64,000 bases of DNA, taken from the IMG/VR virus record IMGVR_UViG_3300036770_001423, positions 30,297 to 94,296 of that record; one strand, 5' to 3'. Every line of letters begins with the position of its first letter. The stretch's first letter is position 1. The position numbers and the translations under genes are program-made. The DNA comes from a virus. The notes beneath the pieces are model-generated. The model was not told where the DNA came from. It made no database searches and saw only the letters and a program-made list of their open reading frames with translations. Below are positions 9,094-18,838 of this stretch, one piece after another.

Positions 9094-9366
9094 TTATTCT
9101 ACAAACACTCGCCAATTACCACCAATATCACGAAGCTCGTAAGAATACCGGTAGTTGTTACACACAATAGCAAACCCATCTTCTGACCTCAGAGGTCTTG
9201 CTGAGCTAACACTATCACAACGATAACCAAATGCTTTCACTACATCAGCTACTGCGCTGATTAATTCTGAATTCATCTGTTCACTAATGATTGCATCACT
9301 CTCAATTGGTGTTCCTGCATAAGCCAGTGATGATGCGAATAATGTTGCTAATACTAATTTCTTCAT
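9094..9366 (-). CDS. Secreted/periplasmic protein
   Basis: Signal peptide MKKLVLATLFASSLAYA; two Cys. Confidence 0.65.
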   Translation of the reverse strand: MKKLVLATLFASSLAYAGTPIESDAIISEQMNSELISAVADVVKAFGYRCDSVSSARPLRSEDGFAIVCNNYRYSYELRDIGGNWRVFVE

Positions 9367-9377
9367 GTTTATATCTC

Positions 9378-9668
9378 CTATAACTTCAAGTACTTTTTCA
9401 TTAAAAGTTTTAATTTACCTAAGTCATCCGATACTAGATCGGACTCAGTGATGCAGTCAAAGTAATCATCTATGTGTGTTTCTACCATAACCAAGAAAGC
9501 TCTGGTGTTGTTTCTATGAATTATTTCAGTAACAGGAATGACCTGATATGGGCCAACATAACGTCCAGAAATTAGTTTACATACATTGATTGGGATATTA
9601 ACTTCAAAAGAGGTAATATCCCAATTGTCAGGGCCAAACGGCATAGCTAACGTCTTACTCTTATACAT
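9378..9668 (-). CDS. Hypothetical protein
   Basis: GGAGG RBS; upstream promoter. Confidence 0.6.
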   Translation of the reverse strand: MYKSKTLAMPFGPDNWDITSFEVNIPINVCKLISGRYVGPYQVIPVTEIIHRNNTRAFLVMVETHIDDYFDCITESDLVSDDLGKLKLLMKKYLKL

Positions 9669-9813
9669 TTAAACCTCCTACAAGCAATTCTAAGCCACTT
9701 TAGACATCATTGTGTCTCAATGTATTCCCTAACATCTAAAATGGCTCTCCGTGTGTCCTATGAGCTAATACTAAGCTATGTTTGTGTTGTTGTCAAGAAT
9801 TATTTTTAAATAA

Positions 9814-11133
9814 TTATCCTTTAGCAACTTTGCTAGACACTTTACAATTGTTTCCACCAATAACAGAGTCATAAGCGTAGAACATAATTTTACGTAGCAT
9901 GTCCTCGTTCTTACGCTGAACAATGAAACCGTCATGTAGAGGAATCAGTATTTCATCTTCCAATAAAACTCGCTCTATCACAATATCACACATCTGGGAT
10001 TCGATGTTCATTAACTCTAATCCTGTGTTTGGTCCTGTGGTATTCATCAAATAACCGTTGTGTTCAATTAATTTATCAATAATTGTATGCACAACTCTAC
10101 CTTCTGGCCACTTACCTTCAGCCTTAGCTTTCTTGACTTCTGACTTCAGAGGTTCTTCAGTTAACGCACTGCTTAGAGCTGCCATAGCAGATGTAGGATT
10201 GTCTGTGTTAATTATCATCAATAACCCTTTCTTACTAATTGCCCTGAGTAATGATTTGTCCATACCTTCAAACTCAATACCATAAGGGTCATAGTTGTCT
10301 GGGAATGTTACACCAGCTAAATCTGCCAAGATAGATGGATGCAAATGTTTATAATCAAGTTCAACACAAGGTTCTTTGTTTATGGTTATCTCTAAACGTG
10401 TAGCAGCGCTCTGAGCTTGCTGTGAATTAGTACCCACCAAATAGTTCCTCCCGCCATACTGGTAACTTGAGTTATTATAGATCTTCTTAACACTGAAATC
10501 AAGCTTATTGTCATGCAAACAGATCTCATTTTCTATCATAGATAGATTTAGTTTAGTAAGAATCCTAATAATGTCTTTTTGCTTTTCTGTAAGCTTCTTA
10601 GAAATAAGATTGCCATCCTCGTCTCTAATATCCATAACACTCAGTGGTAGAGTGTCAGATTTCTCAGCTAAAGGCGTAAACAGGTCTATAAGAGCAGGGG
10701 ACAACTTCACTGCTGATGTAAATTTGTTACCAACCTTTACCTGCCTAATCTTACCTTTAGACTTTTTAAAAGATTCTAGGTCAAACTCCCAAAACACTCC
10801 GCCATAAGACATAAAGCAATCTTTCTTAAAGACTAAGAAATCGCATAACAACATAGTGTATTTGTGACTTACCTTTCTGTTTACCTTAGTGCCGTTGTAG
10901 ATCAGCGGTAAACTATATACCACCTTCTTTCTTGGGATATAAACCATATCCTTTCCTTTAGATACAACGAACACTGTGTTCTTAACGAAACAACATACTG
11001 CCTTGTAGCTTAGGTCTTTAGTCTGGTTTGTTATTACTACTTCTTTACTCTCTAGCCACTCTATGAATTCTTCATGCAATGAGTTACTAATACTATTTAA
11101 ATATTTAGGTATAACATAGTCCAATAGATACAA
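9814..11133 (-). CDS. PolA/T7-RNAP-superfamily palm protein lacking exonuclease domains
   Basis: GGRNY, motif A ELDYKHLHP, motif B RAISKK, motif C PLHDGFIV. Confidence 0.6.
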   Translation of the reverse strand: MYLLDYVIPKYLNSISNSLHEEFIEWLESKEVVITNQTKDLSYKAVCCFVKNTVFVVSKGKDMVYIPRKKVVYSLPLIYNGTKVNRKVSHKYTMLLCDFLVFKKDCFMSYGGVFWEFDLESFKKSKGKIRQVKVGNKFTSAVKLSPALIDLFTPLAEKSDTLPLSVMDIRDEDGNLISKKLTEKQKDIIRILTKLNLSMIENEICLHDNKLDFSVKKIYNNSSYQYGGRNYLVGTNSQQAQSAATRLEITINKEPCVELDYKHLHPSILADLAGVTFPDNYDPYGIEFEGMDKSLLRAISKKGLLMIINTDNPTSAMAALSSALTEEPLKSEVKKAKAEGKWPEGRVVHTIIDKLIEHNGYLMNTTGPNTGLELMNIESQMCDIVIERVLLEDEILIPLHDGFIVQRKNEDMLRKIMFYAYDSVIGGNNCKVSSKVAKG

Positions 11134-11195
11134 TTAAAGCCTCCTAAAGTTTACCTAGGACGGTAAGGGAACCAAGTTGCTAGTAAAATAACAAA

Positions 11196-11224
11196 GAAAC
11201 CCTTATGTACCAAGGGCTACAGCC
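11196..11224. promoter_or_regulatory. Dyad CCCTT-N7-AAGG, copy 1
   Basis: Similar to 31473-31501. Confidence 0.4.
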
Positions 11225-11248
11225 TAGTTTTATAGATAGTTTTCTACA

Positions 11249-11467
11249 TCAGACCTTGTGTAAAAACATCTCATATTCTAAGTCAAATACAGCAGCAATC
11301 TCAAGTAATTTATCGAGAGATACGTTCTCACCTTTAAGCCAGAAACTAACCATCTGCCTTGATACCCCGAGTTTCTTAGCCAGATCGGATTGTGATGTTC
11401 CAGAGAATTTTAATTCATCGTTAATATCATCAATCAATTTTAATTTAAGTTCTTGTAAATTCTTCAT
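11249..11467 (-). CDS. XRE-family HTH regulator
   Basis: SQSDLAKKLGVSRQMVSFWLKG; RBS AAAGGAG. Confidence 0.85.
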   Translation of the reverse strand: MKNLQELKLKLIDDINDELKFSGTSQSDLAKKLGVSRQMVSFWLKGENVSLDKLLEIAAVFDLEYEMFLHKV

Positions 11468-11700
11468 ACTAACTCCTTTACTCCTATAGTATAACACGTA
11501 TTAGAATATTGTCAATAAATATTATTGTCAACTAATTACTTGACAAGACCAAACGCAAATATTTAAAATTGCGTTTACCTCAACAGCTACCCACATTACC
11601 ACACCAAATATCCAATGTCAACTTATTTCGATTGACAAAACACACTTATTGTGTTACTCTTTTGGATGTTAAATGTCTTAACAATTAAGAGAATATCACA

Positions 11701-11874
11701 ATGAGAGATATTGTGCAAGTAAATGCGACAATTTACAGCCCGTCTGCTGGGATAATTAGTGTTGGAAGTAAGATAGAGCCAATAAACCCTGTAGAAACAG
11801 ACGGGTTTTTAGATGAATATAGCTATATGTTTGATGAAAGTATTTTATCAGACGATGTTGAATTATGGAGTTAA
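11701..11874 (+). CDS. 57-aa acidic protein preceding the tailspike
   Basis: ATG 11701 to TAA 11874; promoter TTGACA 11632; its 3' end contains the tailspike RBS. Confidence 0.55.
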   Translation: MRDIVQVNATIYSPSAGIISVGSKIEPINPVETDGFLDEYSYMFDESILSDDVELWS

Positions 11875-11877
11875 TGG

Positions 11878-13929
11878 ATGTCAATTAATAAATTAGTTGC
11901 TGATTACAAAGGTAGTCCTAGTAACAGTAAAGGTAGTAATATCAGGGATGCTGTGAACCAGCTGATTGACGCGCATGTATCGCACCTGAAGTCGCTTCCT
12001 GTCGCTGCTAAGGCGCAGACGGATACGGTTTATAACGTGATTGGGTTCTATGCTGGCAGCACCAAAGGTGGTAGCCGGTTTATTTACGACCAAAACATGT
12101 CAAAAGCCATGCACAATGGCGGCACTGTAATAGCGCCTGAAGCACTGGCAGCGTGGAGTGGAACACATGCTGACTTGACCACGCTTCTGGTGTGGTATGG
12201 TACAGGTTCTGGCTGTTATGTCTCAATAGAACAAAATATAAATGCCGCCATGTTTGGTGCGGTCTGTGACGGGACGTTAGACGATGTGCAATCAATTGAA
12301 GCTGCCTTTAACTTTGCTAACACACTTATAAATGGAAGTGTGACACTTGGTGCATATCACAGAATAAGCCGTTCTATTAAATTCAGAAAGTATGTAACTG
12401 TAATCGGAAATGGCAGCTGGATTCTGAATTACGGGACAGAAGATGCTTGTATTCCGCATCCTGACGACGGAATAGTTCTGGCAAGAGTAAGCGGATTCAA
12501 TATCACTTATCAGAACTACGGATCTCCTTTGAACCCAAATAGCCCACCATACACAGTTGATAAAACAAAAAAGCTGGGTAATCAAATAGTATGGTCTCAT
12601 ATGTCAACTTTCATAGCTGACGGTCTAAAACATTCATCGTCAGGAAGGTACTTCCAAGACTTCGAGCGGATCAATGTTTACTGGCATCGATACGGATTTC
12701 ATATGCTTGGCTGGACAATTCAAGGCAGAAACTGCCGTGCTCTATACAACGCGAGAGGTTTCTTTGGGTCTAACGCTGCCATTAATTCCGTCAGATACCC
12801 TGTTCACGCACTACAGCTTAATGATTGTCACGCGATAGCGAACACCGAAAACGGGGTAGATATTCGGTTCGCCGACGGCGTCAATCTGAAGGGCTGTCAC
12901 AGCGAAAAAAACTATTCCCGCAATATCAGAGCTGAAGGTGTCCGTGGGTTAACACTAGATCAGTTTTATCAAGAGTATTCGGACGGCAGTATCTTACTGT
13001 TTAACAGTCAGGGTGTTGATATTAATGGATACAGCTCTGGGAACAGACAAGTTTACAAAGGTTATGCTAAATCAGCTCAGGCATACTACGAAGAAACGAT
13101 TGTTAGCGGCACCTCGGTAAATGTAACGGCATATAACTCCAGTACCAAAATCGGTATTGATAACTTCGACAGTGTACCCACAGCTGAAATTGCTGTAATC
13201 AGAAATGATGGATATTTACCACCAGCTAACTGGTCAAGGTCAAGCTCAACTATCACGGTACCGTCTGCGGTCGCCGGTGATGTTATATCGGTTATTGCAT
13301 ATGCCTACAGAAACCCTGCGGTTGACCTTGCTGCGATCCAAGACAAATACGAGCTTGGTGCGAACTATCCGCTTGAGGTTCAGCACGCCCAAAACGTCCA
13401 GTTTGGCGGCTTTGTCACCAGCTATCGCACAGGTCCTGCGCTGACCAACGATTTTGATTTAGCGAACCTCGCCGCCAGTAAAGATATCTATTACAACGCA
13501 TTTCTGAAAGACACTACAGTATATAATGTCCCAAGCATGTATTTTCCGTGGGGTACAGGTTTTGCTCTAAAGCAGAATTTCAACAGAGGCTTGGTGATAA
13601 AGAACGATACAGACCCAAATGTTGAAGTCAGCTTTACAGGAACGCAGCACTATCCACAAAGTGGTCAAGTAGGTACGATATCTCTGCCCAACGCAAATGC
13701 TACACTTTTCATGGTGATTTCTGCAAATGGCTGTGCAATGTTCACATTTGACGGTAACGGGTCAATTTATCCTGCCGCTGTTTCAGGACAAAACTACACA
13801 ATACAGCAAACGAATGCGGCTACAGCTAACAAGTTAAACTTGTATAGTGCCGGGGCCAACCTGTTAGGATTTGATAACAGGCTCGGGTATGCTACTCAGT
13901 TCACACTTTTACGACTATCTGATAATTAA
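11878..13929 (+). CDS. Tailspike/depolymerase (right-handed beta-helix)
   Basis: GFYAGSTKGGSRF and NAAMFGAVCDGTLDD..I..A (pectate-lyase-3-like start), followed by beta-helix repeats. Confidence 0.75.
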   Translation: MSINKLVADYKGSPSNSKGSNIRDAVNQLIDAHVSHLKSLPVAAKAQTDTVYNVIGFYAGSTKGGSRFIYDQNMSKAMHNGGTVIAPEALAAWSGTHADLTTLLVWYGTGSGCYVSIEQNINAAMFGAVCDGTLDDVQSIEAAFNFANTLINGSVTLGAYHRISRSIKFRKYVTVIGNGSWILNYGTEDACIPHPDDGIVLARVSGFNITYQNYGSPLNPNSPPYTVDKTKKLGNQIVWSHMSTFIADGLKHSSSGRYFQDFERINVYWHRYGFHMLGWTIQGRNCRALYNARGFFGSNAAINSVRYPVHALQLNDCHAIANTENGVDIRFADGVNLKGCHSEKNYSRNIRAEGVRGLTLDQFYQEYSDGSILLFNSQGVDINGYSSGNRQVYKGYAKSAQAYYEETIVSGTSVNVTAYNSSTKIGIDNFDSVPTAEIAVIRNDGYLPPANWSRSSSTITVPSAVAGDVISVIAYAYRNPAVDLAAIQDKYELGANYPLEVQHAQNVQFGGFVTSYRTGPALTNDFDLANLAASKDIYYNAFLKDTTVYNVPSMYFPWGTGFALKQNFNRGLVIKNDTDPNVEVSFTGTQHYPQSGQVGTISLPNANATLFMVISANGCAMFTFDGNGSIYPAAVSGQNYTIQQTNAATANKLNLYSAGANLLGFDNRLGYATQFTLLRLSDN

Positions 13930-13990
13930 AAGTGTTAAGAATATAAGTTAAGCATAAAATTATTAACTTAGATATCAGTTTTCTAAACCA

Positions 13991-14020
13991 AAGCCCGCCT
14001 CCGTGCGGGCTTTTTCATTT
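13991..14020 (+). terminator. Rho-independent terminator
   Basis: GCCCGC-ctccgt-GCGGGC followed by TTTTT. Confidence 0.85.
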
Positions 14021-14132
14021 CTAAGATTCCTTAATCAGTAACCCCTCTTTCTAAATTCCACAAATACCTATTGACAACCAATCAACAACACTGTAGTCTG
14101 TGCAGACATTAACACATGTGAGGAGAAAATTA

Positions 14133-14678
14133 ATGCTTGAAACAATAAAAAAGGTTTGGAGGGATCAATTCTTAGCTGAAGGTGAAAGTCAAATCAAGTA
14201 TCAGACAGATGCAGAGCTTACTAAACCAGAGCTTACTGAGAAGGTTATTGGTGAAATGGGTATTAAGCTAGGTCTTGATACATTCACACTCTACACAAGC
14301 CACGATAACGAAGTTCACCAGAAACAACTAGCTTCTCCTGTAGTGACGTTCTTGAAAGTGATTAAGAAAGGGTTTGATGAAGGTAAGATTAACTTCCCAT
14401 CAAGAGACATGGACGATTGTACTGTTCGTGTAAACTTTACCGATAAACTTCTGTTTTGGTTAAAGTTTAGCAACCAAGAGAATGTGCTATCCTTCTTTGA
14501 AGGGTTTAAATTGTCAGGTATTCGTCTTGAATTTCCTTCGAGTATGAATTATCTTACAGACAGTGAACGTTACTGGATCAGTCGTTATGTCGGTTATCGT
14601 TTACAGCTTGTATCTCAAGCAGAGGAAGAAAAACGTCGAGCAGCGACAGAGTTAGAGCTACAGGAGTTATTGAAATGA
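14133..14678 (+). CDS. Hypothetical protein
   Basis: TTGACA 14071 promoter; GAGGAG RBS. Confidence 0.65.
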   Translation: MLETIKKVWRDQFLAEGESQIKYQTDAELTKPELTEKVIGEMGIKLGLDTFTLYTSHDNEVHQKQLASPVVTFLKVIKKGFDEGKINFPSRDMDDCTVRVNFTDKLLFWLKFSNQENVLSFFEGFKLSGIRLEFPSSMNYLTDSERYWISRYVGYRLQLVSQAEEEKRRAATELELQELLK

Positions 14679-14905
14679 AAATCTCAGAACCACTAATCCA
14701 TGAGCTTTTAGAATTAACAAGACTGTTCGCACATCTTCCATATAACGCAATCTTTATGTTTGTGGCTTATGAGGATAAAAGAACGCTTGACTTCTTCTAT
14801 GAGAACATTTATATTCCTATGACTGAAGGTAATCGGGACTACGGAAGTAACGTAGTTGCGTTGTTGAATGAAATAAAAAGTGAATTGGAGGTGACAATTG
14901 GTTAA
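14675..14905 (+). CDS. Hypothetical protein
   Basis: ATGA overlap. Confidence 0.6.
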   Translation: MKISEPLIHELLELTRLFAHLPYNAIFMFVAYEDKRTLDFFYENIYIPMTEGNRDYGSNVVALLNEIKSELEVTIG

Positions 14906-15539
14906 AATTGATGAAGACATCTTAGCGACAATTGAGAGTATTGCTGAGAATACTATTGGTTATGAAGTGTATTTGGGTGGTGGTGCCCTACGTGACTGGT
15001 ACATGGGTAAATCTGCTAAAGACTTAGACCTGTTCTTTGTTCCAGTGGAGAATGCACCACAGTATTTGTTACACGACACACACCGTAACTTACAGTATAG
15101 TTATCGAATGGAAACAAATGAGACACAATCCCTGTATCAACGAGGTGTTGAACAACTGATTGGTTTTAAAACTCCGTCTTTAGTGGTTCCTGAGCTTCAG
15201 TTTATCGTGTATGGTACAACGTTGACAGCAGAAGAACTCACGGAAGACATGGATATTGGTATTTGTCAGATTATGTATCACATTCTGTCTGGTAAATTCT
15301 ATGTATCTGAGAATTTCAAGAAGGATGTTGCGGCTAAAGAGATCCGCTGTTATCATAAATACGACAAATATCGCATGATTGAGCGATTTGATAGGATGCA
15401 ACGTAAGTTTAGCGACTTTAAGTGTGTTGGTAAACCTACGGTCGGGTTTAATGACTTCATTGACTCACCAATCGAAGCTATCAGCAGTGTTTATCGTAAG
15501 ATTAAACCACGTAAAGTTAGTTGTAGCAGTGGCTACTAA
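14898..15539 (+). CDS. Nucleotidyltransferase (CCA-adding/poly(A) polymerase head-like)
   Basis: LGGGALRD...KDLDLF, D..ICQI. Confidence 0.75.
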   Translation: MVKIDEDILATIESIAENTIGYEVYLGGGALRDWYMGKSAKDLDLFFVPVENAPQYLLHDTHRNLQYSYRMETNETQSLYQRGVEQLIGFKTPSLVVPELQFIVYGTTLTAEELTEDMDIGICQIMYHILSGKFYVSENFKKDVAAKEIRCYHKYDKYRMIERFDRMQRKFSDFKCVGKPTVGFNDFIDSPIEAISSVYRKIKPRKVSCSSGY

Positions 15540-15678
15540 CCAAGGTTAGCTCTAAAACGCTCTAGGAACGATTATAAGCGATTATTTTATTTATGGCTAC
15601 GTATGTATCACTTTACAAAGATAATTGATTATAGGCGATTATAGAGCTATTATAATTGATTTTAACAGGAGGATTGGA

Positions 15679-15918
15679 ATGAAATACAGAGTGGTAAAAG
15701 TTGACGATAACAACTTTATCCCCCAATACAAGAGTTGGTGGTCATTCGGTTGGAGAAACTTCTATGTAGATTATGGTTTTGGTAACAGAAACGCTATTTC
15801 GTTCTTTACAGAAGCATATGCAATCGAATATTGCCAGAAGAAAATCAAAATTAAAGAACCTGAGAAAGTTGTATGGGAATCAAGTACATATTATTCTAAC
15901 GGTTTTGGGCCAGAATAA
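15679..15918 (+). CDS. Hypothetical protein
   Basis: GGAGG RBS; KYRVVK...PQYK.WW. Confidence 0.6.
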   Translation: MKYRVVKVDDNNFIPQYKSWWSFGWRNFYVDYGFGNRNAISFFTEAYAIEYCQKKIKIKEPEKVVWESSTYYSNGFGPE

Positions 15919-15930
15919 GGAGAACGAATA

Positions 15931-16743
15931 ATGAGTAAATTCGCAAACAGCCCATTTCAATGGGCTGGTAGTAAGAACAAAGTGCTACCAATTTTACTGC
16001 CAGTGTTAGAAAAGTACAGGAAGAAAGTTTTCTGTGAACCATTCGTAGGAGCGGCCAACGTTGCTTTAAATTTCGATGCTGAGAGATATATCCTAAGTGA
16101 TGCTAATTTAGACCTTATTTATTCTTTTAGGGAAATAAAGGAAGATTGTTTTAAATATATTCGAGATTGTAATTGGTTATTCTCTGGCGGTTTTGAAGAT
16201 TACTACAAGAACAGGGATTTGTTTAATCAACTTCATCCACGACATCGTAGTGCTTTGTTTCAATATTTAAACAAGCATGGGTTCAACGGTCTGTGCAGAT
16301 ACAACAGTAAAGGACAGTTTAATGTACCAATCGGAACAATAGGTAAACCTAAACAAGTCCCCGAAGAACAGATTAAATATTTTAGTGCAAGGTTTACTGG
16401 GACACCTACATATTTTCAGTTCGGCAGTTATGAACAAGTGTTTGAACAAATGGAGAACGTAGAGGAAGCTCTAATTTACTGCGATCCTCCTTATGTACCA
16501 TTAACAAGTAATTTCAAATATACTGCGGATTCGTTTGATTTTGAACATCAGGTGAGGCTGAAAGAATTAGCTAAAGAGAGTAAACATACTACAATTATCA
16601 GTAACCACTTTACTGAGTTCACTGAATCTCTATACAAGGACGCTGACGAGACTATCGTGTTCGATGTGCAGAGAACCATTAGTTGTAAAGGAAGTGACCG
16701 TAAGAAAGTTCAGGAAGTGATTGCTGTGTACAAAGGAGAATAA
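15931..16743 (+). CDS. dam: DNA adenine methyltransferase, Dam-like
   Basis: WAGSK, EPFVGA, FNGLCRYN..G.FNVP, DPPY. Confidence 0.92.
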   Translation: MSKFANSPFQWAGSKNKVLPILLPVLEKYRKKVFCEPFVGAANVALNFDAERYILSDANLDLIYSFREIKEDCFKYIRDCNWLFSGGFEDYYKNRDLFNQLHPRHRSALFQYLNKHGFNGLCRYNSKGQFNVPIGTIGKPKQVPEEQIKYFSARFTGTPTYFQFGSYEQVFEQMENVEEALIYCDPPYVPLTSNFKYTADSFDFEHQVRLKELAKESKHTTIISNHFTEFTESLYKDADETIVFDVQRTISCKGSDRKKVQEVIAVYKGE

Positions 16744-16744
16744 C

Positions 16745-16957
16745 ATGCACGACAACCTTTATTCCTACGATAGACGTAATGGGTTTGAACTTGTAGTAGA
16801 GCCTATGCCTTGCGAAGACAAAGCTTACGTGGGTATGGTGTACTATCAAGGAAAACTGAAATACAAAACACCATTACGTTTCAATCCAGATGATTGTCGA
16901 GAGGAAATCTTGAAGGATTTAGAAGCATATCTGGATAATTTCGGCGCAGTCTATTGA
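16745..16957 (+). CDS. Hypothetical protein
   Basis: GGAG RBS. Confidence 0.6.
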   Translation: MHDNLYSYDRRNGFELVVEPMPCEDKAYVGMVYYQGKLKYKTPLRFNPDDCREEILKDLEAYLDNFGAVY

Positions 16958-17013
16958 CAAATAAGAAATTAGTGATAATATTGAATTATCATTAATTATT
17001 GAGGAGAGAAATT

Positions 17014-17148
17014 ATGAAAGATTTGCTTATTATCGTTACACTGGCTATTATACAAGGGATGGCAATAAAACTGGGTTGGTATTTTGTTGCTGGAATGGTA
17101 GTCGGTGCTTCTTATTTTCTTGGCGCTGAATTCGGGGAGAAGAAATGA
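17014..17148 (+). CDS. Small membrane protein
   Basis: GAGGAG RBS; hydrophobic, 44 aa. Confidence 0.55.
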   Translation: MKDLLIIVTLAIIQGMAIKLGWYFVAGMVVGASYFLGAEFGEKK

Positions 17149-17489
17149 TGACAACAAACAATTATGAATTATTGGCGGATACGTCACTTGGTATCTTATT
17201 ACCGAAGATGGTGCAGCAGATTATGGGTGAAGGTATCCCTGAAGAAATGGCTGTTGAGTTTATGAACTGGTCTATTGCTACTTGTGGTATCCGAGATGCT
17301 TACGTTGCAGGATTTACTAAAGAGTTCAACGAAGAAGAAATTCAAGAGATTGTAAACTACCAGCAGAAGTATTTACAACGTATCCTGTCATTAGATGGTG
17401 TCTTGACTGAGAACTTACTGTCACAAATTGATCCTAAGCAACTGGAAGCCAAATTAACAGAATTATGGGAGAAATACAATGCAATTTAA
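17145..17489 (+). CDS. Hypothetical protein (DUF2059-like helical)
   Basis: FTKEFNEEEIQEIVNYQ. Confidence 0.55.
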   Translation: MMTTNNYELLADTSLGILLPKMVQQIMGEGIPEEMAVEFMNWSIATCGIRDAYVAGFTKEFNEEEIQEIVNYQQKYLQRILSLDGVLTENLLSQIDPKQLEAKLTELWEKYNAI

Positions 17490-17679
17490 ATTCAGCGTAG
17501 ATATAGTAATCACAGCTATGGAACGTTATCTTGATGATAACCAAGTGAAGCCTAACAGCTTTGATATTGAGCGTGAAGAATTGTTTCGCTCTTATGAAAC
17601 CTTAGTGCGATTAGCTAATAAGCCAGAAGCTGTTATTCTGGATGATTATGAAGTGGATTTATTGTATAAGTATTTGTGA
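17479..17679 (+). CDS. Hypothetical protein
   Basis: Operon-packed ORF with RBS. Confidence 0.55.
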   Translation: MQFKFSVDIVITAMERYLDDNQVKPNSFDIEREELFRSYETLVRLANKPEAVILDDYEVDLLYKYL

Positions 17680-17685
17680 GGCAGT

Positions 17686-17880
17686 ATGTCAGAATTAGAG
17701 CTTTGTTGTGAAAAGGAATATGATGACATACTTCGCATAAGTTCGGAAGGTAGTGATGAAGTATGTTTTCATATTGATTCCATTTACGCAAACTGTGACT
17801 GTGTATTTCTCAGTAAAGAGAAATTAATGTTGTTACATAAATGGATTAACGAATATTTAGGAGAAAATCATGTGGCTTAA
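17686..17880 (+). CDS. Hypothetical protein
   Basis: GAGG RBS. Confidence 0.55.
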   Translation: MSELELCCEKEYDDILRISSEGSDEVCFHIDSIYANCDCVFLSKEKLMLLHKWINEYLGENHVA

Positions 17881-18040
17881 TCATCTACGTTTTACTGTTG
17901 GTGTGTTTGTTTTAGTGTGCTTATTGACACCTACTGTTGCTATATTTAAGGTTATACTCCAAAATAGGGAACCAGAGAGTCTTTGGGATGCTCTTGTTGG
18001 CAGTGTAAAAGATTTACGAGATGAGATTTATTTCAAATAA
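17870..18040 (+). CDS. Small membrane protein
   Basis: GGAG RBS; 56 aa with one TM segment. Confidence 0.5.
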   Translation: MWLNHLRFTVGVFVLVCLLTPTVAIFKVILQNREPESLWDALVGSVKDLRDEIYFK

Positions 18041-18051
18041 GGAGTAGTTGA

Positions 18052-18816
18052 ATGACTTTAGAGCATGGTGGTGGTCGTAAAGTGCGTGAACGTAAAGTTA
18101 CACGAGCTAAGAAAGTGGCTGAAGGGGGTCAACGAGCTATTGACCCAAAACACTTAGAAGAACGCAAAGAGAAGTTTCAATCTGTTAAACCTATGAATGA
18201 CTTGCAAGCAGAATATATCAGGTTCTGCTGGGAATCTCCTGTTGTGATAGCTACTGGCTTCGCAGGATCATCGAAAAGTTACATTCCAACTTGTGTAGCT
18301 GCTGAGAAGTGGTATTTGGGTGAAATTGATAAGATTTATTTGATCCGCCCTGCGACATCAAGTTCCAAGTCTCTTGGTTATTTCAGTGGTTCGTTGGTTG
18401 AAAAAGCTAAACACTGGCTTGCACCTATTCTTGATACGCTGTATGAGAAGCTTGGTCGTAATGTAACTGAGTTAGCAATTGAATCGGGGGCTATTGAATT
18501 TATTCCACTTGAAGTTGTGAAAGGGCGTAGCTTAAAGAACTGCTACATCATTTGCGACGAAGCGGAAGACCTTACAGTGAAAGAATTTGTTAAAGTAGTA
18601 ACCCGTTTAGGCGAAAATGCGACAATGGTATTCGCTGGTGATATTCTCCAGACAGACTTGAAGGAAGAAAATGGATTGTCTTTAGCCTTGAAGATGAAGG
18701 AAGAAGATGTGAACTTACCTTGGTCATTTGTGGACTTCAATAGACCAAGTGACATTGTTCGTTCTAAAGCAACACGAGAAGCTATTCTTGCTTTCCGGCG
18801 TAGAGGTTTGATGTAA
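18052..18816 (+). CDS. phoH: PhoH-family ATPase
   Basis: GFAGSSKS, LGYFSG, GRSL, DEAED, TRLGE, GDILQTD. Confidence 0.9.
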   Translation: MTLEHGGGRKVRERKVTRAKKVAEGGQRAIDPKHLEERKEKFQSVKPMNDLQAEYIRFCWESPVVIATGFAGSSKSYIPTCVAAEKWYLGEIDKIYLIRPATSSSKSLGYFSGSLVEKAKHWLAPILDTLYEKLGRNVTELAIESGAIEFIPLEVVKGRSLKNCYIICDEAEDLTVKEFVKVVTRLGENATMVFAGDILQTDLKEENGLSLALKMKEEDVNLPWSFVDFNRPSDIVRSKATREAILAFRRRGLM

Positions 18817-18838
18817 TATGACAATTAAAGGAGAATAA

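Noticed and set aside
11249-11640. Lysogeny switch (repressor plus divergent promoters)
   Set aside because: No integrase, att site or cro/cI pair in the window; gene content is that of a lytic phage.
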